A stretch of DNA of 55,593 bases, the filler included, from Streblomastix strix (lineage: Eukaryota): NCBI GenBank assembly GCA_008636045.1. It is 3 parts of 3 records of this genome, joined end to end, with 100 filler letters (N's around TTAATTAATTAA, not from the genome) between each part and the next. Parts side by side here need not be neighbours in the genome. Positions count along the whole stretch, not along the records: positions 1 to 18,477 come from SNRW01000604.1; positions 18,578 to 37,051 come from SNRW01000605.1; 1 more part is not named here. One strand, written 5' to 3'. Of the stretch, positions 13,204 to 25,997 are shown in pieces. Each line of letters begins with the position of its first letter. Position 1 is the first letter of the stretch. Below the pieces are notes generated by a model. That model saw nothing but the letters and a program-made list of their open reading frames with translations, ran no database searches and was not told the DNA's origin. A program made the translations under genes and the position numbers.

Positions 13204-14717
13204 ATGGAAAAGGATATTTAAAAATCTAAAATAAGGTTTGAAATATAACTAATAAATATGTCAAATATATTTTTATCTTAATATGATAATTTTAAAATAT
13301 ATATTAATAAATATAATCATTATTTTTATCAATCTGTCTCTAATTTCTAATTTTTATTTTATAAACAGAAATAGCCACTCTGAAGATTCCAAGGACCATC
13401 ACAAAGGTAAAAGAGTGGATGTACTTAAAGATTTTGCAAAGTAGTTGCAGTAAACAGCAAAAGTATCTATGAATGTATGATATTAAGAAAATAATAAAGC
13501 CACTTAAATAATATTTTTTTTTATTTTTTATTTATACATATATCTCAGCCTTCTCCTGGCAATGTACTTCAATTTACAACTGCACCTCATTACATATAGA
13601 GAAGAAACAATAAAGAGGAAGAATACACGTATGAATTACTAGCGTCACAGCAATAAAGGTCGCCTGAAGAGATAGCACAACCTCTATAACAATAAGAATC
13701 ATAAAAGAAACTTCTTTCATAATGTACATTGGGAGAACTATCTAATTGTATAGCAGCTGGAATATGTAGTGGACTTGCACATAGTACGTATAACATATAT
13801 TAATATATATATTTATTATTATATATATTAAATTTTTTTTATTAATAATAAATAAACCTCATTTTATTAATTTATATATATATATATTTATTTTTATTTA
13901 ATACATTTAAGTTAAATAAGATGATATACTATAAGCAGATGATGGTATCTTATACAACAAGAGCATATTAAAGACAGGTGGACGATTGATCGGTGCTGCA
14001 ACAGCCGCTATAGAGTCCATCTTATGTAAACATGGGGATGCTAATGAGGATTATTAAATAATAATGCCTCGTGATAATATGTCTAAATAATAATAACAAT
14101 TATTATATAATATTTAAAATATTAATTAATAACAAATTAATTAATTCTCTTCTTCTTCTTCTTCTTCTTCTTCGTAGTCAACTAGTGAAGTACAACTATT
14201 GCAAGATGATTTCAATTCAATGATTGTAACAGATGATGAAATGAAGGAAAGGGAGATGATGGCAAAGAAGGTTATAGAAGAAATAGATAACAGAAGAAGA
14301 AGATTGAATGAATTAGATGAGAAATATCTTCTGGAAAGAATGAGTAAAGAGTTATAAAATAAAGGAAATGAAATAAAGATTCAGAAAGAAATCAAACTGA
14401 GAAAAGAATAAGAATAACAAGATGATCTTCTCAAAAATCTTGATCCACTATGGAGTATGAAAAACTCCCCTTTTCTCGAGTTTGAGACTTGCTTTACACC
14501 TTCACAAAGGGCTGAAATCTCTTACATAAGTGCGAACACAAGAGAAAAGATAGTATAAATGAAAAGCACTATATTAGAATCTACATAAAGAGGACCTGCA
14601 ACAGGAGTATCAAAGAAGAAGAAGAAGAAATAAGAATAATAATAATCTTCAAATTCAGTATAATAAAGTCTCAGCTTGTAAAACGGCACTGAATTGAACA
14701 TGACTTTAACATCATTA

Positions 14718-14748
<31 letters not shown>

Positions 14749-14924
14749 TTAATATTAATAAAGATAAAGAAGAAATCGGATCTTAGATAAATTAGAAAAA
14801 GATTAAGAAAAGGAATTCTAGAATATAAAAGGATGATGATGATGATGAAGATGGTGATGATGATGATTAATAATAAGGATAGTAAGAAGAATAAGAAGAA
14901 AAAGATGATTAAAAAGAGTCTTGA
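13204..14924 (+). CDS. Spliced host gene, hypothetical protein with coiled-coil and low-complexity (S, N, D, Q) tracts; true start may lie upstream
   Basis: Exons 13204-13235, 13369-13474, 13549-13783 and 13921-14924 are joined by GT-AG introns with matching phases (2,0,1). The frame is open with TAR=Gln and ends at TGA 14922-14924. Confidence 0.75.
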
Positions 14925-15209
14925 GTCTGTTTTATCACTTCATGGTTTTATTTTTATTTTAAAGTTTGATTAGTATTTTATCACAAACAACTTCTATATT
15001 TATTTATTTATATATTTATTGTTATATTTCTAATCACATCAATTTTAATTTTCTCATAAATTTTTTAGATTTAATAAATCTCTTCTTCTTCTTCTTCTTC
15101 TCAAATATAATTGTAATTAATTATTTATTATATTTTAAATTATAAAAAATTAACTTTAAATCTAAAATTTTATTATATTAAAATAAATTTTTTATTAGAT
15201 CTTTATACC

Positions 15210-15720
15210 ATGAGTTCGGACTAAAACACGCAGGCATTTTGTAACTACTAACCAAGTCTTTGGTTAAAACGTGACTCTCAGTTATTCTTTGATGAAGGAA
15301 TGATGAGAGGTTTGCGAGAAATTCAACGAATTTATTAATTTTAACTTTTTATTATTATTTTATATATTTAAATCAGTTATTGAATGCCCATTTCCTAATT
15401 GTGGATAAAAACTACGAGGAATACCATCATATAATCTCCATTTGAAGTCTCATTACACGATAAAAACATTTAAATGTCCGCACTTCTTCTGTGGATCCTA
15501 GCTGCCCACGAAAGAGCTCCTGTCCCGTCATATGGTAAAATACCACAGTTTTAAGGTATGTTAAAATATTAATATTTATTAATTTATACAATAACAACTA
15601 TTTTCTTATATAAATTTTTTTTTTTTTTTTAAATAGGAGTAGTAAGTTATGCTGAGGTATTGCGGGATACCCCAGCAGCATCTGGGCCTATTAAATTATA
15701 TCAAACGACCATTAGACTGA
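15210..15720 (+). CDS. Small protein with two tandem C2H2 zinc fingers (spliced)
   Basis: Exons 15210-15309, 15377-15555 and 15637-15720. Exon 2 encodes ECPFPNCGQKLRGIPSYNLHLKSH and FKCPHFFCGSQLPTKELLSRHMVKYH, with TAA/TAG read as Q inside the fingers. The last exon and stop are less certain. Confidence 0.85.
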
Positions 15721-15949
15721 TGCTTAATATAATACACATATCTAGTAAGAATATTCAAACCAAGTGAAGTAGCAATGAGCCTTTTAATATATTTATTTAT
15801 TTATTTCTATAAATTAAATAAAATAGCTAAATATTATAACATATATCAAAATACTATATTTATTTTATTATTTTAATATATTTATTATCATATGATATTT
15901 AAATTGGTATGAAATTTATAGTAAAATTTATAATTGTATATTAAGATAA

Positions 15950-16229
15950 ATGAAGAAATCATAATAGAATCAAATCGTTCCAGTGTTTACTGCTACCTAA
16001 GAGTAAAACCTATTATGTATGCTTTTATAAATATTTATAGTGTAATATTATATTATTAAATGTATTAATAATTAATTCCAATATATATATATATATAATA
16101 ATATATCAATTATCATACTATTAAAGCATCCTTTCGTAATCCACCAGTCATCAACTCTTTGAACTCTGATTCTGTGTAGAGACAGATAGAATAAGAAGAT
16201 TTGGTATGTATATAATCTTTATTTAATTT

Positions 16230-16260
<31 letters not shown>

Positions 16261-16863
16261 AAAATATTATAAATATATATATATATATATATTTTAAAAC
16301 AGGATAAATAGTTAATCAAATTGCAAACATAAATACAAGAACTTAATTAAGATGATAATTACATCTCGTCAGAAGAGGAGAGCTCAGAGATAGAAGAAGC
16401 ATTACTTGATGCTCTTCTTGAAGCGGACAAAAAGAAAAGAGAAGAAATAAAGATATGTTAGAAGTTAACATAGCAATTGAAACTAATTGATTTATAATCA
16501 GAATTAGATGATATTGTTGATGATTAGAATGATATAGTAGGATAAAAGAGAATTTTATCAATTAAATAAAGAGAAATAAGGAATAATTAAGATATACATA
16601 TGAGAAATAAAGAAAATGAATAAAGAAAAAAAGACATGAATACATACAATGAATAAAAGAGCTAAGATTAAGATATAAATTAAGAATTATAAACAAAAAA
16701 AGGAATTAAAAAAGAAAGAGCGAGAAGGAAAACTGAGACTGATTTAATAAACGAACAATAAGAAGAATGGAAAAAATTGGAACTAATAAAGAGTATGAAA
16801 TATTAACACAAATAAATGATGAATAAGGATGAAGATAATGAAATTAATGATGACAAAGAATGA
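15950..16863 (+). CDS. Spliced host gene, ~234-aa charged/coiled-coil hypothetical protein
   Basis: Exons 15950-16016, 16127-16203 and 16303-16863, with donors GTATGC and GTATGT and consistent phases. Many in-frame TAA/TAG codons and a single terminal TGA at 16861-16863. Confidence 0.8.
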
Positions 16864-17173
16864 ATATATATATCTATAAAAGATGCATTTAATTACTCCA
16901 GTTAGTACCTTATATATATAATAATGTATATGTTCTCATTTCAATACATTTTCCATGTCACCAAAATTTTATTAATGATTTTCATTAATAAACTTCTTCT
17001 TTTTTTTAAAAAAAAATGAATTGATCAAATATTTTCTTTTATTCTATTAGTTTAAATGATTTATTAAAGTTAACTAAAAAATTCAATCAGCAAATATCAA
17101 TACGTTTATACATAATTATAAAATTGTTTATGATTAAAGAAAAATAAACTTCAAATTCAAATAAAAATAAATA

Positions 17174-17336
17174 TTAAATAAATTTGATAAAAAATATAAA
17201 AATATCTAAATTTGATAAAAAAATATTAAAAATATCAAAATTAGATATAAATTATGAATTATATCAAAATTAGGTATAAATTATCAAAAGTATCAAATTC
17301 TGATATAAAATAATATTCATATCTAAATTAGATATT
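17174..17336. repeat. Second ~29-bp-period array of the ATATC(A/T)AAATTAGATA motif
   Basis: Copies start at 17202, 17232, 17261, 17290 and 17319. The last is the perfect odd palindrome atatctaa-a-ttagatat. Confidence 0.75.
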
Positions 17337-18477
17337 TAAAAATGTTTAATAACTTTGCTTATATGACACATAAAAAAAAAGATATTGATTTCTAGATTAT
17401 ATCATCAATTATATCTTTATTTAATATCAAAGAATGTTACACCTGAACATCTATATATCATATTAATCAAATAGAAATAAACATATTATTTAAATCTATT
17501 AATATATAATTTAATATTTAAACCTCTATAATTGAATATATTATAGCTAATAGAAAAGTTTATCAGATAGATCACTCAATTTTAGGTATTTTGTGATATC
17601 TAAATATATATATAATCCAATAAATTAATTAAAATTTTATGATATAATTATAATAATATAATAATACACATACAATATAAGTAAAGCTATACTTTATCAT
17701 ATGTTATCGTAATGTTTGTACATCACCAATCTATCAAACGATTCATATAACATATAAAAAAGATAATATTTAGAAAATAATTATACTAGATATAATTATA
17801 TTTATAATTAATTAATGTGTTTAATTAAAGTAAATCATACCAAATTTTAATAATTATATAATTGATAATATATTTGAACTTTGAGCTTATTAGTAATCTA
17901 ATTTCGAAAATCTTTTTTTTTACTCATTGGGAAAGATTATATCTGTTAATGAAAATTAGATTTTAATTATAAAAAAATTTTAGAATAATGATATAAAGTT
18001 TCATACATTGCACTTCAATATATCATTTATTAAAATGTACTATTATCTTACTATTTCTCATGTACTTTCATGAGACCTTATCAATTATAAATATAATCAT
18101 AAAAGAAATTAGATAAATATTTTAAATTTAATCTATTACTATATTCTAATATAATAAATATATATTCCAATAATTAATAGACATACTCTATCAATACCAT
18201 CCGATATTAGTATGCATTCGATGTTAACAATTGTATTGTATAAGATAGAAAGGTATATCATCTTATGTTTAATTCTACGAGTGATTTATAGTATATATAT
18301 ATTCAGCTTTATCTATTAATGTCTTTGTATATTTTTATAATGATTTCTGTCATAAAATATAAAAAAAAGAAGTATTAATAGATGAATGTAACTATAATTA
18401 ATTTAACTGTATAATTATGGATTATAAAGCAGTAGTATTAGTGATATATTTATTAAAAAATATATATATATATATAT

Positions 18478-18577
18478 NNNNNNNNNNNNNNNNNNNNNNN
18501 NNNNNNNNNNNNNNNNNNNNNTTAATTAATTAANNNNNNNNNNNNNNNNNNNNNNNNNNNNNNNNNNNNNNNNNNNN
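18478..18577. other. Artificial contig linker (N44-TTAATTAATTAA-N44)
   Basis: Six-frame stop spacer flanked by Ns, exactly 100 bp and identical to the linker at 37052-37151. Confidence 0.98.
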
Positions 18578-19296
18578 TTCCCTTATTGTATTTTGATTGG
18601 TATTTCGTTTCCAGTCCACCTGTATTTTGTGGCTTCTTGATTGATTCCCTGCCTATCCGTATAACTAAACTGCTTCCACTTGCTCATGTCTACTCCCAAG
18701 TCCTCTCCAATTTGCTCCTGCATTGTTTTGATAGTCTCTTTCCTGAATCTTTTCCTTGAAGCGCTTTGTGTCTATTGCGATGAGCTCTCAGAATTGGGCG
18801 TCTGTTCAAGGTCGTCCGTAAGGTCAATCGAGTCAGACTGTTGTGAGTTAGGCTCCAATTTAATCTTGGCATCCATGGCCATCTCTGCAACTTGCTGTGC
18901 GCGCGTCCTTTTCTCAGGATTTGAAACCAGCTATTCCGACGCTGCTAGTACGTTCTTGCGAAAGTCCTCGTCCAACAAGCTCTTGATTACGATCCTGTAC
19001 TTGCGTTTCGTGTCACCGCTTCTCAGGTCTAAGTCGTCCTCGCCAAATCCCGCTTGTAAAAGTTGTGCCTTTGTTTGATCCGGATCTTGAAGCTCCGCAT
19101 GTATTCTCGCTAGTGTCAGTATTTATTCAGCTGCATCGTTGTGTGACATGGGTTCCTTATCTGGTCCTTGTCCGTCCGTCGAACTTGACTGCATTTCAGA
19201 AAAAACGATCAGGCCCTTAAGCGCCTTTATGTCCAAATAAACAGGGAAGCTCGCATTAGCGAAAGGATTGTGACATAATCCGATCGCAGGGAGGGT
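18578..19296 (-). mobile_element. 5' portion of a probable DIRS-type retroelement (ORF1/gag-like start, ATG 19194), truncated by contig end
   Basis: GC-rich island with an intronless ORF 19194->18578 (MQSSSTDGQGPDKEPMSHNDAAEQILTLARIH...), open with TAR=Gln. Composition resembles the ORF1 regions of the two DIRS elements, but no catalytic motif is present. Confidence 0.5.
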
Positions 19297-19341
19297 TATT
19301 TTTATTATTTATTAAAAAATATTTTTGTTAATATTTTAGAT

Positions 19342-22300
19342 ATGGATTCTATAAATGCCTACAAAACTTAAGAAATATTAGAAACATACAGTCAGAAAAA
19401 CTCCAGTTGAGTAAAAACATTAAGCGATGAAAGCGGAAAAGGTATTATCAACAAAAACTGAAGAAAACACTTAATTGAATGGAAATATGCTATAATTTAC
19501 CATAAAACACTAACGGAAAGTGAAAAACGATGTCTTTAAACATGAGTTTCAACCTGATACATTCATGCTAAATCCATAATTATTTGAAGAAAAATTAAAT
19601 GAAAAAGAATTTATTGATTTTTAGACTTATAGAGAATGCAACAAAGAAGGAAAGAAATCGCATTCGCATCGAACGTACTGCTGTCTTGAAACAAAAAGTG
19701 ATATTCAATGCAATTTTCATAATTTGGATGCAAACAAACTTAGACATGAGCATGATTTCACTATCCAAAAAAAACTAGATTTCTAAAATATAAATTTCAA
19801 AGGAGCTGCTGATATTAAAGAGCTCGAAAAGCGTATATGCACGTATTTCGCAGATACTAATAAATCATTATGATATATTGATGATTTGAAGAAGTTACTT
19901 GTATTCGGAGTCAAAGTTGCATTGAACCATAGAGATTGTATACCAGAATCAATTATCTCAATTTCTGATCGAAAAGATTTAGCTAATAAAATTGATGATT
20001 ATGATGAATTCTTACTTGAATAGTTTTTAAAAGAGAGTGAGGGATAAATTCTTGGAGGTTCAATTGATGGTGGATTAATAGCTAAATCAAAAACATCTAC
20101 TTTTACACTAAGAAATAATGAAGGAAAAGTTTTTGCATTCAAATTTCAAAATGGAATTTCTACATAGTTGGATTATGCAAAGTTTATTTCAAAATCATAT
20201 AAAGAATTAAATTAAAGGAATATAAAATCAGGAAGTGATGTGAGTGATGGTCTCTCCCATGTTAAGTTGCGGCGCTGTAGATTGATGTGTTAAACAATGA
20301 AAATGCAATTGGTTATATATTGAAATCACTTTCTGGCATTCTTCCTTTTCATTCAAGTTGTTGGTGACATTTAATTTAATTGGCCTACTAGCATGCAATT
20401 ATGAGTGATCCTGTTCTATATGAATGGGTTAATAAAATATCAGAATTTGCAACTTTACTTAGGAAATAACCTGCTTCTTGGAAAATAAAACATGGAATAT
20501 GCCCACGTGGCGTTGCTACAAGGTGGCCTTGTACTGCAATTTAACTTCAATGGATGGAGAATCACTTTGATGCAATAATTGAAGTTACAAAGAGGACAAA
20601 CTAATGTTTAGTTGTTCCTGCAGGTAATCCAATATTTAACAAGATTTTAAGTCCTCTTCTTACACTTATTAACACTTTCGAAAAAGATTCTTGTTCACTA
20701 ATGGATGTATTTCCTAAAATGATCAAATTATTTTAAGTATATAATTCATATATTTGGATTGATTAATCAGAATTGAAGTTCAAAAGAATCGTAAATCTTA
20801 TTTGCACAGAAGTATTCGCAATGACTTTAGAATGTGATAATAGTGCACTTGCTGCGTTGGCATATTCTTTATCTCCATGTGGGCAAAGAGCTATAGCTAA
20901 AGGCAAAATTTGGAAATTCCCAGTATGTGAACCGCAAATTATGGATTAATATGATTTAATTTTTAATCAATGGAAAATGAAAGATACTTAAAAATAAACT
21001 GATATATAAAATAAAAAGAAATAAGTAACAACAATATTAATAACAAATAAAGAAATTAATAAAAAAGAAACTAATAAAAAAGAATTGATTAGAAAAAAAA
21101 TAAAAGTAAAGACAAGAAAGAAATGATTAAAGAAATTGACATAGGAGAAACTTCAAAGGAAAAAATCAAACAAACTAAAGATAAGGATAATAAACAAACA
21201 TTAAACTTGACAAGCAACACGAATTAAAATAAAATGAAAATAAAAATATCAAATGAAACGAAATGATAATTGATAGTGAAGATTAAAATGAAAATGATGA
21301 AGCAGATGACGATATTGATGAAACTGAAAAAGAATTTGATAATATATTAATTGAAAATAATAAGAAATAAATGAAGAAATCCAAAAATAGTAACTTGAAA
21401 AAATAAAAAGACAAATAAACAAAAAAAAGATTTAAAATTATCTATAATTGAATCAGGTGATGATGATTCTTCAATAGATGAATCTGAATTTCAAAAATTG
21501 GCAGAAATTTCGGAGAATGAAACTAGTTCTGATTTGAGTAATGAAGATATTGAAGAGGAATTATATGCTCTATAAATCAACCGAGTTGAAGATGAATGTG
21601 ATTATATTGATGAAAAGAATGTTGATTTATCAAAGATTTAGAGAAGAGAATGTAGTAAGAGAATTGCAGCTAGAATACATAAATATTTCCCAACACAATT
21701 ATCATAGAGTTCTTCATCAGGTTAATCATCGAGTTCATCATTAAGCTCATCTTCGATTTCATCATCAAACAATTCTGCTTCATCTTCAAGCTCATCATCG
21801 AGTTCATCTTCAAGCAATTCTTTTTCGTTTTCAAGCTAATCATCTAATTCATCATCAAACAATTCTTCTTCATCATCATTCATTCCTTTCATATCTTAAA
21901 CAGAAATTGAAGAATCGAGTGTTAGCTATATGACTGTCTCAGAAATAATACAAACAATTCAATAAATGGATTGGAAGTAAATATGTTGTGAAAAACTAAA
22001 GTTGTTATTAAAATAAATATATAAAATAGATAAAAAGTAATTGAAATAAGAAAAAGAAAAAGAAAAAGAAAATGATACATTAAAGTTATCATGTAAAGAA
22101 AAAGATAAAGAAATTAAATAACACATTGAAATAGATAAAGAATTAAAATAACTAAGAGAAAAATATCAAGATGAATCAGAAAAAGATCGAGAAATTGCAG
22201 GATTAAAAATTGAATTGGAAGAAATGAAAATGAAATTATCAGAGAAAACAACAACTAAATAAATGGATAAAGATTAAGAAAATGAAATAATCGATAATGT

Positions 22301-22711
22301 CAATGAAATCAGCCAAACTGATTTGGATGAAAATACTTGGATTGATGATGTAATTATAGAAATTACAAATTTATGGTTCGAAAAAAATATTTCAAATATA
22401 GATCATGGTATTAGAATGCTATCTGGATCTAAAGCCTTTTGGGAAGACTATAGAGATAAAGATAAAAGTTCTTCTAAATATTAGCTGATTTAGCTCTAAG
22501 ATTTCTTTCTACTGGAGCAAGTAAAGCATCATGTGAAAGAGTATTTTCTAGAATGAAGTTCATTGTAGGTTAACGACGTTTTAACTTGAAATTAAAACGT
22601 ATTGTGTCATTACTGCGAATAAAGAGTATGGTTCATGCTAAAAAAACTTTGAAAGAAGCAATTTATAGATAAGTACATATTTTTAGCATCGCAAGTCAAT
22701 AACAAAGTTGA
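19342..22711 (+). pseudogene. hAT-superfamily DDE transposase, frameshifted, with a long low-complexity insertion
   Basis: Motifs in hAT order: SIDGG (~20060), VSDG (~20245), CW*HLIQLA (CxxH, ~20360), VATRW (~20520), FEKDSCSLMDVFP, LAYSLSP and C-terminal ASCERVFSRMKFIVGQRRFNL (~22525-22590). Stop TGA at 22709-22711, with several frameshifts and internal TGAs. Confidence 0.85.
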
Positions 22712-24257
22712 GCTCCCAGGAAGCTTTTATCTTTATATGTTTCAATAAAATATTAATGAGTATAATTAGTTTTTTTGAATTGCTTTAAGTAATAAAATAA
22801 ATAAAAATTGTAATTTTATACGTAATAATTTATAAACATATCCTCAATTTTAATTTTTATACTATTTTATCATAAATATCCTAGTTTCAAAGAAAGATTT
22901 TGAAATTGTATTGTTTATTTGTATAAAAATATTCATAATTTCAATATAGTATCAAATCCTTTAACTAAATTGCAAAATTTTAATACATTTTCATTGAATA
23001 TTTAATTAAAATATGAATATTTTCCTAAAATTAATTTCAAATTGAATTTATATAAATATAACAATGTTAAAATTAATTAATCATATTTAAGAATGAATAT
23101 GATCATTTGTTACACAATTCAAACATTGAAATATTTCACATTTCAATCAAATAAAGTCTAAATCAATTATTTTCATATCTTTGAATTCGAAATATCTTTG
23201 AATAAAATTTTTATTCAGAGTATGTTGTTAAAATATTAATGAATCAAATATTGAATGGTTAGTTATTGTAATGCATCTATTTATTTAATTCAAATTTGAA
23301 TATATATTATCAATATTAATAACTGATATTGGCTCTATTCAATTAATTATATATTGTATGATTTCCTTTCTGATGTCTTTAATAAATATTTAATCAAAAC
23401 CTCATAATCAAAAGATGTATTTTCATTAAAAAATAAAAGATTTAAAATAAAATATTAAGTTAAAAGTAATTAAAATCTAAATGAAAGCTTTTTATACTTG
23501 ATTTTCCTTTGCAATATTCTCTTGTATATTCAATTTGATTTGCATAATTTCAAGACAATCACACAATTGCGATTGGTTCAATGTTCAATTATCTGTTTAA
23601 TTAATTTAAAGTTATTTAAATATATATAATAATTTAATAAATAAATGAGTTGAAAAAAAGTTTTTATCATACCTCAGAGCTCATTCGAGTTTTCATACTA
23701 AAAGTAAAGTTTCTTCCACTGTTTGATGCAGTAATATATGCAATCTTTTAAATATTCATGAGAATATTTGGTAATTCTGCCTTATGATTCGATAAAAACA
23801 TTCTTGTGAATTAAATAAATAGTATTGATAGATTTTCATATTTCTGAAGATAATTTTAATATATAAATAAAAATTTAAAGAATAAATAAAAAATTGATAA
23901 TATTATTATTAAGAAGAAAAATAATTAGTTTAAAATGACATAAAAATCAAGGTTATTTAAAAAAACATTTATATGATACAATTTTCTGGTAATAATTCAT
24001 ATAAATAATATAATAAAGTAGTATTTTAATATATTAAATTATTATTTTGGATTTTACTTGTAAATTTCATACACATAGATGGTAACAAATAAAATTTATA
24101 AAATTTATGAATTTGAAGCGTTTTAAGATTTTCTAAATGCGCTGTGACGCACGCAGCAATTTAATTTACAGCATTTTAATCCAACACTATTTATAATTTC
24201 TAAAAAGATAAAAATAAAATTCAATAAATAAATATTTTTGAAATGATTATATTATAT

Positions 24258-24400
24258 TAATTACCAATAGTCCCTCTTTGGCAATTGAGAAGTGTATAAG
24301 TTATATCCAACAACTTCACCTTTATTGAGTGATTGCCATCAACTATTTGAAGTGATTCTTCTTGCTATTCCCCAAACAATGTTTACAATAAGGTGATCAT
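24258..24400 (+). repeat. Left inverted terminal repeat of DIRS element A
   Basis: 24311-24400 (cctttattgagtgattgccatcaactatttgaagtgattc...ccaaacaatgtttacaat) matches the reverse complement of 32903-32993. 24258-24331 matches the reverse complement of 32167-32240. Confidence 0.9.
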
Positions 24401-24957
24401 TTAAAAAAACTGCAAAAGAAAGATGACACGCAGGACTAATTTCACCAGCAAACGCTTGCCGAACAAAGACTCCTACTAGACACCAAATTGCGCAAACTTA
24501 GTTCCACAAAACCCGCTGCAGGTCGCCGCGCAGCCGCATGCGACGTTTGTTATCGCATTCCGCCAGAACATTGAGATAGACCCGCTGTACCCTGTCTAAA
24601 CAATAGCGACACCAGAAGAGGCACCACCGAACGCGATAACTGCAGCTCGGACTCTCTTGGCGGGACTATCGGAGCAGGAAATGTCGCAAATCGAATTTTG
24701 CGTTGAAGAACCGTCAGAGGAGCAAGTTGTAGAAGCTTGACAACGCGCAAGAGCAGGCACAGACTTGGTGACGCGTAATAGACCGCCGAAACACACTAAT
24801 CCACCTGCACAACCAATCCTCGCTTTTGATCAAGTACTCGCAGATCTAGATACGAAACTGCTGCAACAATACAGATTGCTACAGGGAACACTAACATAGA
24901 TCGTGAAACGAAACTAAATAGCAACTCTGAAATTCAATTTATGCATGTTCATAAGTA

Positions 24958-25997
24958 TGAGGTCAGAAAATTAAGTTCAAGCTCGAGTGCCTTTTTTATA
25001 TATCATCAAAAGAAATGTATTAACTGAATTTATACAAATAAAATTCAATAATAATGTATATTGTTTTTTAATCTCTTAGTTGAGATCAAAATATTTATTT
25101 TTCAAACGAAAGTTTCTCATTTATTACTTTGTTTTTTTCTAAAAGAAATATACAATTTAAATATTATTTAATAAATTTTAAATATATATTTACTTTTAAC
25201 TACTTTAATGAACATTTGATTTTATAAATCGATTTCAATTGAATTTTTTGAAATTTTAGATAACTATCCTTTAAATATACATTTTTTCCGTAGAAAAATT
25301 CTATTATATATTACTTTTTGCTTGTTTTATTTATTAATTAAATCAACTATTTTGAATTAGAGCAGAAATTCTAGAATGAAAAAATAAATGAAAAAGTTTA
25401 ACATTTCATAATGATTAATAAAGTATTATTTCTTAATTTTTTGTAAAATGAATTATTATAATCAAATTATTATTTTTAACTTTTATTTATTATATAATAC
25501 AAATTAATAATCAATTCTCATTAAATCAGCCAAAGTCTTAATCATCGGAACCGGAGTTGCAGGATTAGCTGCGAAAGAGCAGTTTGAATCAATGGTAGGA
25601 GAATTCTTAACTGCTGATGTACATGAAGAATGTGAGACAGCAGGTGGATATTATAAACAAATATCTTGTGACTTATCAAAAGAAAACTTGCTTTATTCAA
25701 AGGTTTTGACATATTTTTTAATAAATTTTTAGCTTAAAAAAAACCATAAATATTAATGAAAATTTAATTATTAATAAATTTTACAAAAGTAAACATTTTT
25801 GTTATTGAATGTTTTTCATTGAATAAAATTTAAACACAATTTTTGAAAAAAATAATTTTTCTCAACTTTTGCAGAGAAAATTTTCATTTTAATCTTAAAT
25901 TTATGTTATATGGAAATTTAAAATAATATAATACTTTATAAATTCTATTACGGGCACTTTTACTATATAAAATTTTGATAAAAATTATCTAACCTCA
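24958..25997. mobile_element. Non-autonomous TIR element (Tc1/mariner-type MITE-like, TA target duplication) carrying a captured gene fragment
   Basis: TIRs tgaggtcagaaaatt (24958-24972) and aattatctaacctca (25983-25997) match at 13/15. TA lies on both sides (24956-24957, 25998-25999). The segment is absent from the paralogous ORF1 copy at ~47220-47240. Confidence 0.85.
25526..25703 (+). pseudogene. Fragment of NAD(P) transhydrogenase (NNT/PntA domain I, NAD-binding Rossmann region) with an internal deletion and a frameshift
   Basis: Translates SAKVLIIGTGVAGLAA|KEQFESMVGEFLTADVHEECETAGGYYKQISCD, then after a shift IKRKLALFK. This matches the family pattern PAKVLVIGxGVAGLAA...KEQVESMGAEFL...EGxGGYAKEMSxEFIxxExALF as recalled; no database search was run. 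Confidence 0.8.

Noticed and set aside
14922..14945. Readthrough of the TGA at 14922 fusing the upstream gene to the zinc-finger gene
   Set aside because: Sequence becomes intergenic-like AT-rich shortly after, and the zinc-finger gene has its own ATG and phase-consistent first exon.
18522..18533. TTAATTAATTAA palindrome between N runs (also 37096-37107)
   Set aside because: Synthetic six-frame-stop spacer, not biological.
19211..19227. Near-palindrome aggcccttaagcgcct, similar to aggcccattaagcgcct at ~54855
   Set aside because: Short match in non-equivalent contexts with no extended flanking similarity; chance cannot be excluded.
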